A DNA stretch of 64,000 nucleotides. It comes from Paracoccaceae bacterium. GTDB taxonomy: Bacteria; Pseudomonadota; Alphaproteobacteria; Rhodobacterales; Rhodobacteraceae. Where the stretch lies: positions 84,358-148,357 of the forward strand of contig CBDCSM010000007.1 in the NCBI GenBank assembly GCA_965221575.1, given 5' to 3'. The position numbers and the translations under genes were made by a program. This document shows, in pieces, positions 18,329 through 28,560 of this stretch; position 1 is the first letter of the stretch; the number at the start of each line of letters is the position of its first letter. The notes below the pieces were generated by a model, which was not told the DNA's origin, made no database searches, and saw nothing but the letters and a program-made list of their open reading frames with translations.

Positions 18329-19423
18329 TCATAAACACTCTGCAAGTGCTGTCGCAAGATTGCGAATCAACTGCGGATAAAGCGCCGGGCCAAGCTCGAG
18401 GCCTGAACCGAGCGGATCGAGTATGCCTGTATTGGCGTCGGTCCCGTCCATTACGGTATGCACCAAGCCCTCGTTGAACTGGGGCTCGGCCAGGACACAA
18501 TCGATACCCTCGTCGTGGATGAGATCCTGAATTTCTGCAATTCTCGCGGGGCTCGGGTCCGATGCGTCACCCAGCGAAATGGCGCCGGAAGCCTGGAGAC
18601 CGAAGGACACCTCGAAATACTGATAGGCATCGTGGAAGACGACAAACCGCCCGTCCCGTACCGGTTCCAGAATGCCATGGACCTCGGATACCAACTCCTC
18701 CAACTCGGCACGCGCCGCCGCGGCGTTGGCGAAGTAGGTTCCGGCATTGCCGGGATCGGCGGAGGAGAGCTGTGCAGCGATAAGGTTCAGCCAGGTGCTC
18801 GCGTTTTCCGGCGAGAGCCACGCGTGCGGGTCATGTTCGCCATGAGCGTGGCCGTGTTCGTCACGGGCGTTGTCGTCGTGCTCATCCTCGTGCGCATGCT
18901 CGGCATGCTCCTCGGTCTCGTCATGTTCTTCGTGCTCGTCCTCATGGGCATGCTCTTCGTCCTCGTCTTCATGGGCATGCTCGTCGTGCCCGTCGTCATC
19001 GGCATGTTCTTCGTGATCATGCTCGTGGCCGTGTTCGCCCTCTTCCTCGTGCATGTGGGGTCCGAACAACGCGCCTTCACGGAAGTCGAACAGGATCGTG
19101 CCATCCGCGTCCAGAAATGCCGTCACGACCGCGTCGCCTGCAAGCGTTTCAATCGCACCCTCCAACCATGGCGTCAGATCCTCACCTATCCAGAACACCA
19201 GGTCCGCGTCCTGCAACGCGGCGGCTTCAGAGGGGCGTAGGCTGTACTCATGGGGTGACGCGCCTGCCTGGATGATCAGGTTCGGCGTGCCGAGACCCTC
19301 CATCACTCGGGCTACCAACGAATGCACGGGTGCTATATCAACGGCAACGTTAGGGACGTCCCCCATCGCGGTACTGCCCATCAATGTCGCCGTGAGCGAG
19401 ACGGGAATGAGTTTTCTGGACAT
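18329..19423 (-). CDS. znuA: Zinc ABC transporter substrate-binding protein with very long His/Asp/Glu-rich loop
   Basis: 364 aa with a cluster A-I SBP pattern (SPHEYSLRPS, HDAYQYF). Lies next to zur-znuCB. Confidence 0.85.
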   Translation of the reverse strand: MSRKLIPVSLTATLMGSTAMGDVPNVAVDIAPVHSLVARVMEGLGTPNLIIQAGASPHEYSLRPSEAAALQDADLVFWIGEDLTPWLEGAIETLAGDAVVTAFLDADGTILFDFREGALFGPHMHEEEGEHGHEHDHEEHADDDGHDEHAHEDEDEEHAHEDEHEEHDETEEHAEHAHEDEHDDNARDEHGHAHGEHDPHAWLSPENASTWLNLIAAQLSSADPGNAGTYFANAAAARAELEELVSEVHGILEPVRDGRFVVFHDAYQYFEVSFGLQASGAISLGDASDPSPARIAEIQDLIHDEGIDCVLAEPQFNEGLVHTVMDGTDANTGILDPLGSGLELGPALYPQLIRNLATALAECL

Positions 19424-19434
19424 CGGATCCTCCG

Positions 19435-19454
19435 TGTGATTTTATAACATTACA
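19435..19454. promoter_or_regulatory. Candidate Zur box (TGTGATTTTATAACATTACA)
   Basis: AT-rich dyad, 16 of 20 positions palindromic, in the divergent znuA / zur-znuCB intergenic region. It resembles the alphaproteobacterial Zur consensus as I recall it (roughly TAATGTTATAACATTA). Confidence 0.5.
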
Positions 19455-19500
19455 AACTGCATAACTGAAATGAAATGACATCACAAGCGAGGTTCGAAGC

Positions 19501-19998
19501 GTGACAGCCAAAAACACGGACCCGGTCGGATTCGCGCCGCACGATCATTCGGCTTGCGTCGACGACGCGATTGCCGCGGCCGAAGCAAGCTGCGAAGCGG
19601 CCAGTCTGCGCTTGACCCCGGTCCGCCGCAAGGTCTTGGAATTTCTCCTCCGGGAGCATCGCGCTCTTGGCGCCTATGAAATCCTTGATCTCCTGCGCGA
19701 GGCGGGATTCGGTTCCCAGCCTCCGGTGGCGTACCGCGCGCTCGAATTCCTGATTGCCCACGGCTTCGTACACAAGCTTGAACGCATGAATGCCTTTGTT
19801 GCCTGTGCCCATCCCGGTCAAACCCATTCGCCAGCCTTCATGATCTGCCGCCTGTGCGAAACCGTGGCCGAAGCTCAATCGGAACCGACCAAGGGTGCCC
19901 TCGAGGCCGCCGCCCGCGCGGCCGGATTCCGGATCGAACGCACCGTTGTGGAAGCCGAAGGCGTATGTCCCGCCTGCGCCACGAAAACCGACCCATGA
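19501..19998 (+). CDS. zur: Fur-family zinc uptake regulator
   Basis: 165 aa with a GTG start. Winged HTH (AYEILDLLREAG), CxxC pairs (CRLC, CPAC), and znu gene context. Confidence 0.8.
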   Translation: MTAKNTDPVGFAPHDHSACVDDAIAAAEASCEAASLRLTPVRRKVLEFLLREHRALGAYEILDLLREAGFGSQPPVAYRALEFLIAHGFVHKLERMNAFVACAHPGQTHSPAFMICRLCETVAEAQSEPTKGALEAAARAAGFRIERTVVEAEGVCPACATKTDP

Positions 19999-20729
19999 GC
20001 CTGGTTTCCGTTGAAGATCTCAGCATCCGCTACGGTGCCCACATGGCATTGCGCAGTGTCAGCCTGTCGATCGAGCCAGGGGAGATCGTTACGATTGTCG
20101 GCCCGAATGGCTCGGGCAAGACCAGCCTCCTGCGCGCCATCGTTGGCGCGACCCAACCCGACAGCGGGACGGTCAAGTGCCGACCCGGCTTGCGAATCGG
20201 CTACGTGCCACAGAAGTTGCACGTCGATCCGAACTTGCCGATCACGGTGAGGCGGTTCCTGAGGCTCACCGATCGCGTCTCGCTGGATGCCTGCAAGGTT
20301 GCCCTTGAAGATGCGGGCGTGCCAAACATCTCGGAACGCCAGATGTCACATCTTTCGGGCGGGCAGTTTCAGCGCGTGCTTTTGGCCCGCGCCCTGATCA
20401 ACCGGCCAGAGATCCTGTTGCTTGACGAGGCGACTCAGGGCCTCGACCAACCGGGTTCGGCGGCTTTCTTTCGCCAGATCGAGACCGTGCGGCAGGAAAC
20501 CGGCTGCGCGGTTCTGATGATCAGCCATGAACTACACGTTGTCATGAGCGCGTCGGACCGGGTGATTTGCCTCAACGGCCATATCTGCTGCGAAGGGACG
20601 CCCGCGGTGGTCGCCTCGGCCCCGGAATACCGTATGCTCTTTGGCGCAGGAACGGGCGGTGCCCTGGCACTCTATCGTCACGAACATGACCACGATCACG
20701 ACGTCCCGTCGACTATGGCTGAGGAATAA
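19995..20729 (+). CDS. znuC: Zinc ABC transporter ATP-binding protein
   Basis: MSLVSVEDLSIRYG..., Walker A GPNGSGKTS, signature LSGGQFQR, Walker B LLLLDEAT. Its ATG overlaps the zur stop (ATGA). Confidence 0.85.
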   Translation: MSLVSVEDLSIRYGAHMALRSVSLSIEPGEIVTIVGPNGSGKTSLLRAIVGATQPDSGTVKCRPGLRIGYVPQKLHVDPNLPITVRRFLRLTDRVSLDACKVALEDAGVPNISERQMSHLSGGQFQRVLLARALINRPEILLLDEATQGLDQPGSAAFFRQIETVRQETGCAVLMISHELHVVMSASDRVICLNGHICCEGTPAVVASAPEYRMLFGAGTGGALALYRHEHDHDHDVPSTMAEE

Positions 20730-21526
20730 TGCTCGACGATTTCATGACGCGCGCGACGTTGGCGGGGATCGGCGTGGCATTCGCAGCGGCCCCACTCGGC
20801 TGCTTCGTGGTCTGGCGCCGCATGGCCTATTTCGGAGAAACAACGGCCCATGCGGCGATTCTGGGCATCGCCATTTCCCTGGCCCTGCAGGCGTCGATCT
20901 TTGCGGGTACGGTGGCGGTGGCGCTTATGATGGCAGTGACGGCGACACTCTTGGCGTGGCGGGGCTTTGCCATGGATACGCTTCTGGGCGTCCTGGCCCA
21001 CTCCTCACTTGCATTCGGACTTGTGGCGGTATCATTCCTGTCCGGCATCCGCGTTGATCTCATGGCTTATCTCTTTGGTGACATCCTGGCTGTGTCGCGC
21101 GTGGACCTTGTCGTGATCTGGGGTGGTGGCGCGCTGGTCATTGCTCTGATCGCCTGGCGCTGGTCAGCGCTCTTGGCCTCGACCCTGAACGAAGAACTGG
21201 CCTATGCCAGCGGGCTCGAACCCCGTCACGAACAACTGATCCTGACGCTGACCCTGGCGATCACCGTTGCCGTGGCAATCAAGGTTGTCGGTGTTCTGCT
21301 TATCGTAGCCATGTTGATCATCCCCGCCGCCGCCGCCAGCGGCCTTGCCCGAACGCCAGAGGCCATGGCCATGATCGCTGGAGCAATCGGCGCCTTCTCG
21401 GCTCTGGCAGGCCTGCGTGCCGCCTATGTGCTTGATACTCCAGCCGGTCCGTCCATCGTTTGCGTAGCCGCGGTAGCGTTTGCCGCCTGCAGCCTGATCG
21501 GAAGAAGCACACGACCCGGTTCGTAA
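20729..21526 (+). CDS. znuB: Zinc ABC transporter permease
   Basis: 265 aa, polytopic, ABC-3 family pattern. Translationally coupled to znuC. Confidence 0.85.
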   Translation: MLDDFMTRATLAGIGVAFAAAPLGCFVVWRRMAYFGETTAHAAILGIAISLALQASIFAGTVAVALMMAVTATLLAWRGFAMDTLLGVLAHSSLAFGLVAVSFLSGIRVDLMAYLFGDILAVSRVDLVVIWGGGALVIALIAWRWSALLASTLNEELAYASGLEPRHEQLILTLTLAITVAVAIKVVGVLLIVAMLIIPAAAASGLARTPEAMAMIAGAIGAFSALAGLRAAYVLDTPAGPSIVCVAAVAFAACSLIGRSTRPGS

Positions 21527-21763
21527 TAGCGTGTGCTCAGCACCCTGACGGGGCCGTCATGCAATGAAACGGGAATCCCAAACGGTTCAAACGCCCGTTA
21601 CCTCAGCGGCACCTGTTCCGGGCAATTCCAACATCCAGAGAATTCAATGCGTGATCAAACCGGGAGACCTGACCCACCTTCCGGCATTTCATTCAGGAGA
21701 AAAACACTCCGCCAGCGTGCCGCCGTGGAACCGTTTCGAGGAATTGATCGTCCTCTTCCGGAA

Positions 21764-22498
21764 CTATTCAACCTGGCGGGCGGCAAGAATTGGGCCGGTC
21801 CTGCCTTCCTGAAGCACAGCGACCAGCACCGCGGAAGGATCTACCTGCCCGGAAAGCTGCTTTTTCTCCTGCCCGTTCCACGTTGCTGCCCGCTTCCACG
21901 AGTCCACGACGTTAGTGTACAGGATCGTTCGTCCCCTGTTTTCGCCTCGTTCGATCTTGATCGTCGCTTCCGGCGTGATTTCAGCCAGGTAAATGCTGCA
22001 GCTGGCCTTGCAGATCTCGCGACCATGCTCCTTCGGTTCAAGACGAATTGTCAATCGGTCGCCTTCCCTCTTCACGACGAACTCGACCGGCTCCGGTTGC
22101 CTGCGGAGGGATTCGATCTTATCCGGAACTCCCCGAATTCGACCGCCCGCGTATTGGGCGACACCGTGCAAGATGATCTGGGGCGTGACCAGCCTGTACG
22201 GACTCATCAGCCGCATGTTGTACGCAGCCTGTCGCGGAGTGAATTCGGCGATCGCGAATTCGTCCTTCCACCCGATATAGTCCCAGTAATCCACATGCAT
22301 TCCGAGAGCGATGACGTCGTCCTGTTTCGCCAGTTCCGTCAGGAATCGATCGGCAGGCGGACAGGACGAACATCCCTGGCTCGTGTACAACTCGACCAGG
22401 ATTGGTCCGGCCAACACGGGGACAGAAGAAATCGCCCAGATACAGGACGTACAGACAATTCCAATCAAGCGCATCATGGCAAATCGACCTATCAACAT
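21764..22498 (-). CDS. DUF1223 family secreted thioredoxin-fold protein
   Basis: Signal peptide followed by ELYTSQGCSSCPPAD, which I recall as the signature of DUF1223. Confidence 0.65.
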   Translation of the reverse strand: MLIGRFAMMRLIGIVCTSCIWAISSVPVLAGPILVELYTSQGCSSCPPADRFLTELAKQDDVIALGMHVDYWDYIGWKDEFAIAEFTPRQAAYNMRLMSPYRLVTPQIILHGVAQYAGGRIRGVPDKIESLRRQPEPVEFVVKREGDRLTIRLEPKEHGREICKASCSIYLAEITPEATIKIERGENRGRTILYTNVVDSWKRAATWNGQEKKQLSGQVDPSAVLVAVLQEGRTGPILAARQVE

Positions 22499-22661
22499 TC
22501 CTTGTCGTGACGCAATTCACGATTAGGCGATCTTCCCACCTGCGAAGAACCTGGTCCAATAAACACCTTGCGAGCCGATTTGATCAGCAGGAATTCGGAT
22601 TGATGCCCGGGGATTCGAATGTTGCGGCAGGTCGCTTCGCCTACGCATTTGAACTTATGCT

Positions 22662-25358
22662 TCAGGATTGACCGACTCCCGCAAGGTTGCGAAGGACAAA
22701 TGGCAGAACTCCACCGTTCCGGACGTAGGAAATCTCGACTTCCGTATCGATACGACACTTGAGGGCAATTTCCCTCCTCTTGCCGTCGGAATACGTGATG
22801 ACCGCCGCGCAGTCCGAACCCGGAGCGAGTTGACCTTCCAGTCCTGTAATCGTGATCGATTCGTCCCCTGTCAGGGAAAGCGAATGTCTCGTGTCACCGC
22901 CGGAAAACTCGAACGGAACCACCCCCATGCCGACCAGGTTGGATCGATGAATCCGCTCGAAGTTCTCGGCGATTACCGCCTTGACTCCCAGGAGCGCGAC
23001 ACCTTTCGCCGCCCAGTCGCGGGATGACCCGGCACCGTACTGGCTTCCCGCAACGACCACCAACGGCGTTCCTGCCGCCGCGTACTCCATGGCGGCGTCG
23101 TAAACCGGCTTTTCCTTTCCGTCGGGCCCTTTCGTGAACCCGCCCTCCACACCGGACAGCATCTCGTTCCTGATGCGGATATTCCCGAAGGTTCCACGAA
23201 CCATGATCTCGTGGTTACCCCGCCGGGAGCCATAGGAATTGAATTCCTTCGGCGGCACCTGCCGTTCGGTCAGGTACGAGCCGGCCGGCGTCGTGTCCCT
23301 GAAGGATCCCGCCGGCGAAATGTGGTCCGTCGTTACCATGTCGCCCAGCATCATGAGAATTCTCGCGTCGTGAACGTCCGAAATCACGCCCGGTTCGGGC
23401 GTGATTCCTTCAAAATACGGAGGTTTCCGCACATAGGTCGAAACCGCCGGCCAGTCATATGTCAGGCTGTCGGTCGTGAGGACTTGGCGCCATCTTTCGT
23501 CCCCGGTGAAGACCTCGGCGTATTTCCTCTCGAACGCCTCGCGGGTTACCGTCCTGTCGACGATTTCGGCAATCTCCGATGTCGCCGGCCAGATATCCTT
23601 GAGAAATACGTCCCTTCCGTCGCCATCCTGCCCGACCGGTTCGCTCGTCAGATCGATCCCGATATCGCCGACAAGCGCGTAGACAACGACAAGCGGCGGG
23701 GATGCCAGGTAGTTTGCCCTGACGTCGGGTGAGATCCTTCCCTCGAAATTTCGGTTGCCAGACAGGACCGAAACGGCGACGAGATCGTTGTCATGGATCG
23801 CCGCGCTGATCTCCTCCTGGATGGGTCCGGAGTTGCCGATACAGGTCGTGCATCCATAACCCACGAGGTTGAACCCGAGCGCGTCCAGATCTTCCTGAAG
23901 CCCCGAAGCCTCGAGATAATCCGAAACGACCTGGGAGCCCGGCGCGAGCGATGTCTTGACCCAGGGCTTGACCTGCAATCCGAGCGCCCTCGCCTTTCTC
24001 GCCACCAGTCCAGCCCCTATCATGACATAGGGGTTCGACGTGTTGGTGCAGGACGTGATCGACGCAATGACCACCTTGCCGGATGAGATGTCATAGTTCT
24101 CGCCGTTGACCGGGACCGTCTTGTCGAGAGGACGCTTGAAATTGCTGGCCATCTCGTTGGCGAAGGCCGACTTCGCCTCGGTCAGAGGGACGAAGTCCTG
24201 CGGACGCCTCGGGCCTGAAATCGCCGGAACGATCGTGCTCATGTCCAGTTCCAGCGTATCCGTATAGATCGGGGAGTATTCCGTTCCCCGCCAGATTCCG
24301 TTTTCCTTGGCGAAGGCCTCGACGAGGGCGATCCCCTCGCGATCACGTCCCGAAACCTCGAGATATCTCAGCGTTTCAGCATCGACGGGAAAAAACCCGC
24401 ACGTGGCCCCGTATTCGGGCGCCATGTTCGCGATCGTCGCACGGTCCGCCAACGGCAACGTGTCCAGACCGTCACCGTAGAACTCGACGAACTTGCCCAC
24501 GACCCCTTTCTCGCGGAGCATCGCGACGACCTTGAGCACCAGGTCCGTGGCAGTCGTTCCTTCAACCATGGTTCCGGTCAGCCGAAACCCGACGACCTCC
24601 GGAATGAGCATCGATACCGGCTGGCCGAGCATTGCGGCTTCGGCCTCGATTCCGCCGACGCCCCAACCCAGTACCGCCAGTCCATTGACCATGGTCGTGT
24701 GAGAATCCGTCCCGACGAGGGTGTCGGGAAACGCGATCCAGGCTCCGTCCGGATCCTTGTCGGTCCAGACCGTCCTTGACAGGTACTCCAGATTGACCTG
24801 GTGGCAGATTCCGGTTCCCGGCGGCACAACCCGAAAATTCTCGAACGCCGCCTGCCCCCATTTCAGGAACGTGTACCTTTCCAGGTTTCGTTCGTATTCG
24901 CGCTCGACATTGACCCTGAATGCACGCGGATTGCCGAATTCGTCGATCATGACCGAATGGTCGATGACGAGATCGACCGGGGTCAGCGGATTGATCTTTT
25001 CCGGATCTCCCCCGAGTTCGATTATTCCGTCGCGCATGGCTGCGAGGTCGACCACGGCCGGTACACCGGTAAAATCCTGCATGAGCACGCGCGCGGGCCG
25101 GTAGGAAATCTCCTTCGGATTCCTGCCGCTGTTCCTGCCCCATTCGGAAAACGCCCGGATATCGTCGGCATCGACGCTGGTCCCGTCCTCGAACCGGAGC
25201 ATGTTCTCGAGCACGACGTTGAGGACAGCCGGAAGCCCGGAAAATTCGCCCAGGCCGGCCTTTTCGGCGGCCCGGATCGAGTAGTAATCGATGTGACCGT
25301 GCCCGGTATCCAAAGATGACCTGGTTCCGAAACTGTTGCGACCGACCGCGACAACCAT
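22662..25358 (-). CDS. acnA: Aconitate hydratase A
   Basis: Full-length AcnA/IRP-type sequence (DLVIDHSV, GTDSHT, CTTCIGNSG, SGNRNFEGR). The start at 25358 or 25394 gives about 900 aa. The tracked 972-aa start looks over-extended. Confidence 0.9.
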   Translation of the reverse strand: MVVAVGRNSFGTRSSLDTGHGHIDYYSIRAAEKAGLGEFSGLPAVLNVVLENMLRFEDGTSVDADDIRAFSEWGRNSGRNPKEISYRPARVLMQDFTGVPAVVDLAAMRDGIIELGGDPEKINPLTPVDLVIDHSVMIDEFGNPRAFRVNVEREYERNLERYTFLKWGQAAFENFRVVPPGTGICHQVNLEYLSRTVWTDKDPDGAWIAFPDTLVGTDSHTTMVNGLAVLGWGVGGIEAEAAMLGQPVSMLIPEVVGFRLTGTMVEGTTATDLVLKVVAMLREKGVVGKFVEFYGDGLDTLPLADRATIANMAPEYGATCGFFPVDAETLRYLEVSGRDREGIALVEAFAKENGIWRGTEYSPIYTDTLELDMSTIVPAISGPRRPQDFVPLTEAKSAFANEMASNFKRPLDKTVPVNGENYDISSGKVVIASITSCTNTSNPYVMIGAGLVARKARALGLQVKPWVKTSLAPGSQVVSDYLEASGLQEDLDALGFNLVGYGCTTCIGNSGPIQEEISAAIHDNDLVAVSVLSGNRNFEGRISPDVRANYLASPPLVVVYALVGDIGIDLTSEPVGQDGDGRDVFLKDIWPATSEIAEIVDRTVTREAFERKYAEVFTGDERWRQVLTTDSLTYDWPAVSTYVRKPPYFEGITPEPGVISDVHDARILMMLGDMVTTDHISPAGSFRDTTPAGSYLTERQVPPKEFNSYGSRRGNHEIMVRGTFGNIRIRNEMLSGVEGGFTKGPDGKEKPVYDAAMEYAAAGTPLVVVAGSQYGAGSSRDWAAKGVALLGVKAVIAENFERIHRSNLVGMGVVPFEFSGGDTRHSLSLTGDESITITGLEGQLAPGSDCAAVITYSDGKRREIALKCRIDTEVEISYVRNGGVLPFVLRNLAGVGQS

Positions 25359-25731
25359 CTCCAACTCCGCCGCTTGACCTTGAATGAGTCGCATATGCAC
25401 CAGCGATAGAGGCGATACAAGATTGACCGGGTCAGCCCTCGGCAAATTTGATTGATCCGATTGCGCGGTTCCGTCCCTCTGGCAGGCCGAGGGGCGTCTA
25501 AGCCAGAGCGTCGCGTCTGGAGACCCGCGTTTTTCCGTTCCCTGCCCGGCCCTCTTCCGCTTCGCCGGACTGTTCGTCACCGTGCCCGGTCATCCAATGA
25601 ATCCTTGCCTCCAATTCCAAAACCCTTCATTCCGTACGTCGCCAATCCGGGTCATTCGGTTCGTCATGACAGGGCTGACGAATCGATCACCGGATCGTCG
25701 CAATCCTGAAGTGCGGCACGAGGAACTGCCC

Positions 25732-26418
25732 ATGGACCTTGAAGTCACCGACCTTGCATGTCGACATGGCTCACGGTTGATTTTTTCGGGCGTTGGATTT
25801 CGTGCCGGACCGGGCCGTCTCATCGTTGTTCACGGCCCGAACGGCAGTGGGAAAACAACCCTGCTGCGTTGCCTCGCGGGACTCGCCCGCCCTGCTTCGG
25901 GAACGATCAGGATTGATCCCGACCAAGCGACGTTCCTCGGCCACAGGAGCGCCGTCACCGCGACGATGAGCGTTGCCGACAATCTCCGGTTCTGGGCCAA
26001 TGTGCACGGACACTTTGGCAAGGATGCGGACATCCGGACACAAAAGGCTGCCGAGATGCTCAACATCACGCCGTACATTGATCAACCCGCCGGATCGCTA
26101 TCGGCGGGTCAGCATCGCCGGCTCGGAATTGCACGGATTCACGCCGCCGGTCGAACCGTATGGTTACTGGACGAGCCGACGACGGCACTGGATGCCGATT
26201 CGATCACCGGGTTCAGGACACTCCTGGATGATCACCTTGATGGCGGTGGGCAGGCAGTCCTGACCAGTCAACGGCCGGACGCTTCGAGAAACGCGGCCTC
26301 CTTGGACCTTGCCTTACACTCCGGCATGGCAAACGGGTCGCCTGACGGCAGGCCCGGGTATTCCGGCGTTTCGGCCAGGTCAGCCCGGGAAACCCGGCCT
26401 CGACCGGAACTCGCCTGA
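25732..26418 (+). CDS. ccmA: Heme exporter ATP-binding protein CcmA
   Basis: MDLEVTDLACRHG..., Walker A GPNGSGKTT, signature LSAGQHRR, Walker B WLLDEPT. Followed by ccmB. Confidence 0.8.
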   Translation: MDLEVTDLACRHGSRLIFSGVGFRAGPGRLIVVHGPNGSGKTTLLRCLAGLARPASGTIRIDPDQATFLGHRSAVTATMSVADNLRFWANVHGHFGKDADIRTQKAAEMLNITPYIDQPAGSLSAGQHRRLGIARIHAAGRTVWLLDEPTTALDADSITGFRTLLDDHLDGGGQAVLTSQRPDASRNAASLDLALHSGMANGSPDGRPGYSGVSARSARETRPRPELA

Positions 26419-27074
26419 TGCTGGCACTGTTTCGCCGGGACTGTGGATTGGCCCTCACGTCAGGAAGCAATTCTGGCCTTGTCCTGGCTTTCCTTTTCCT
26501 TCTCGTCGTCATGACGGCCATCGCGATCGGACCTGATCCGGAGCAACTCCAGATACTCGCGCCTGCCGTCATCTGGGTGGGTGTCCTGCTTTCATCGTTG
26601 TTGTCGCTTGAAAGTATCTTTCGGCAGGATCACGAGGACGGGATTCTCGAGGCCCTGATGACAAGCCCGTTGCCGCCGGAAGGGATCGCGGTGTCAAAGG
26701 CATGCGCCCATTGGGTGACCACCGGCCTGCCCCTTGCCGTTATTGCCCCCGTGGCGGCGTTTCTCTTGAATTTTCCCGCCAGTTCCAGCCTTTGGCTGGT
26801 ACTGAGCCTCGTCGTGGGAACGCCGGCCCTGAGTTTCGTCGGTACGTTCAACGCGGCCCTGACTCTCAGGGTCAGGCGCGGCGGACTGCTCCTGTCAATT
26901 CTTGTCCTTCCGATGTGCGTTCCGACATTGATTTTCGGGGTTCAGGCGATACAGGTTCCCGTCGCTACCCATTCATATGATGCCGCAATCGTGTACTTGA
27001 CCGGGTTGACCCTCGTGTCAGCGGCAACCATGCCATTCGCGACAGCGGTCGCCTTGCGTGCAAGCGTCGAGTGA
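26418..27074 (+). CDS. ccmB: Heme exporter permease CcmB
   Basis: 218 aa, 6 TM, with the FRQDHEDGILE motif typical of CcmB. Confidence 0.85.
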   Translation: MLALFRRDCGLALTSGSNSGLVLAFLFLLVVMTAIAIGPDPEQLQILAPAVIWVGVLLSSLLSLESIFRQDHEDGILEALMTSPLPPEGIAVSKACAHWVTTGLPLAVIAPVAAFLLNFPASSSLWLVLSLVVGTPALSFVGTFNAALTLRVRRGGLLLSILVLPMCVPTLIFGVQAIQVPVATHSYDAAIVYLTGLTLVSAATMPFATAVALRASVE

Positions 27075-27087
27075 ACTCAGGTCTGCC

Positions 27088-27846
27088 ATGCGGAACAGCA
27101 CGGACTCCCATCAGCGTAAATTCAATTCGCTCTGGCAATATGCGAACCCGTCGCTGTTCATGACCGCGTCCGACCGGATTCTACCTTACCTGGTTGTCCT
27201 GACCTGCTGTTCTTTGGCCGTCGGAGTGTCCTGGGGGCTGTTTTTCACGCCCGACGATTACCAACACGGCCCGAACGTCAAGATCATGTTCCTTCATGTC
27301 CCGGCAGCGCTGATGGCAATCAACGGTTGGCTGATGATGCTCGCCGCGTCGCTGATCTGGCTCGTTCGGCGGCACCACGTCTCGGCACTGGCGGCCAAGG
27401 CGGCGGCGCCCGTCGGCTTTACGCTGACCCTGGTTGCGCTGGCAACGGGAGCCATCTGGGGCAAGCCTGCCTGGGGGACCTACTGGGTTTGGGATCCCCG
27501 GCTGACGTCGTTTCTGATCCTGGCGCTGTTTTACGTGGGCTACATCGGCCTGTGGAAAGCTCTCGATAAAACGGATCAGGCCGCCGACCTGACCTCAATC
27601 CTGTGCATCGTCGGATCCGTCTTCGCATTGTTGTCGCGCTACGCCGTCCTTTTCTGGTCCCGGGGCCTGCACCAGGGTTCGACCCTCTCCCTCGACCGGG
27701 AAACGCACATCGACAACGCGTTCTATTATCCCCTGATCGTCTGCATCACCGGGTTCGTCCTTCTCTTCGTCACATTGGTGGTGCTCGGTACACGCCATGA
27801 AGTCAGGCTTCGCCGGCTCGAAGCAATTCGTGCACGGAGGAGTTGA
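27088..27846 (+). CDS. ccmC: Heme exporter protein CcmC
   Basis: YANPSLF..., MFLHVPAA, and the WGxxWxWDPRLTS tryptophan-rich motif. Confidence 0.85.
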   Translation: MRNSTDSHQRKFNSLWQYANPSLFMTASDRILPYLVVLTCCSLAVGVSWGLFFTPDDYQHGPNVKIMFLHVPAALMAINGWLMMLAASLIWLVRRHHVSALAAKAAAPVGFTLTLVALATGAIWGKPAWGTYWVWDPRLTSFLILALFYVGYIGLWKALDKTDQAADLTSILCIVGSVFALLSRYAVLFWSRGLHQGSTLSLDRETHIDNAFYYPLIVCITGFVLLFVTLVVLGTRHEVRLRRLEAIRARRS

Positions 27847-27872
27847 CGTTGATTCCCGAATTCAACGACACC

Positions 27873-28001
27873 ATGATCAACGTCCTTACGGCCTACGGCA
27901 TCGCAGCCGTGCTCATCGCCGCACTTGTCGTTCATACGCTCATCAAGGCCGGAAGGAGCAAGCGGTGGCTGCGGGAGGCGGAGAAACACGAGAGTGACTA
28001 G
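27873..28001 (+). CDS. ccmD: Heme exporter protein CcmD (small, not in ORF track)
   Basis: 42-codon [45 protein letters not shown]: one TM plus a basic tail, in the expected ccmC-ccmG slot. It could start at the TTG at 27843. Its stop overlaps the ccmG GTG. Confidence 0.5.
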   Translation: MINVLTAYGIAAVLIAALVVHTLIKAGRSKRWLREAEKHESD

Positions 28002-28560
28002 ATTGTCGCCACGGTTCCTGATCATTCTCGTCGCGGCCGGGTTTACGGCGCTTGCCGTTCTTTTCGCGCTTGCCTTGGAGCGCCCCGATCCTGACCAGCT
28101 TCCAAGCGCCTTCGTCGGCCGCAAGACGCCTTCCCTGACGATCGAACATCTCCATACCGTGGATTCTCCCATTACCAGAAAAGACGACCTTGAGGCTGCC
28201 GGGATCAAGCTGGTCAATTTCTGGGCGAGTTGGTGCGCACCGTGCAGGGTCGAACATCCTATTCTCGAGAAGCTCGCTCTCGCGGGCATCCCGATTCACG
28301 GGATCAATTACAAGGATAAACCGGAGCACGCGGCGCAATTCCTTGCCGAACTGGGCAACCCGTTCGCCACGCTCGCCGCCGACCCGAATGGTCGCACGGG
28401 ACTCGATTGGGGCATTTACGGTGTACCCGAGACATTCGTGATCGATGCAAACGGCGAGATCATTCTCCGTCACGCCGGGCCAATCACTTCCCGCATCCTC
28501 GAGAGTCGAATTCTGCCGTCGCTCGGGGACGATGCGAGCGCCAGGATTTCGGGACAATGA
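27994..28560 (+). CDS. ccmG: Thiol:disulfide oxidoreductase CcmG/DsbE
   Basis: N-terminal TM anchor, then the [13 protein letters not shown] thioredoxin motif and GVPETF. GTG at 27994 is proposed as the start. Confidence 0.8.
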   Translation: MTRLSPRFLIILVAAGFTALAVLFALALERPDPDQLPSAFVGRKTPSLTIEHLHTVDSPITRKDDLEAAGIKLVNFWASWCAPCRVEHPILEKLALAGIPIHGINYKDKPEHAAQFLAELGNPFATLAADPNGRTGLDWGIYGVPETFVIDANGEIILRHAGPITSRILESRILPSLGDDASARISGQ

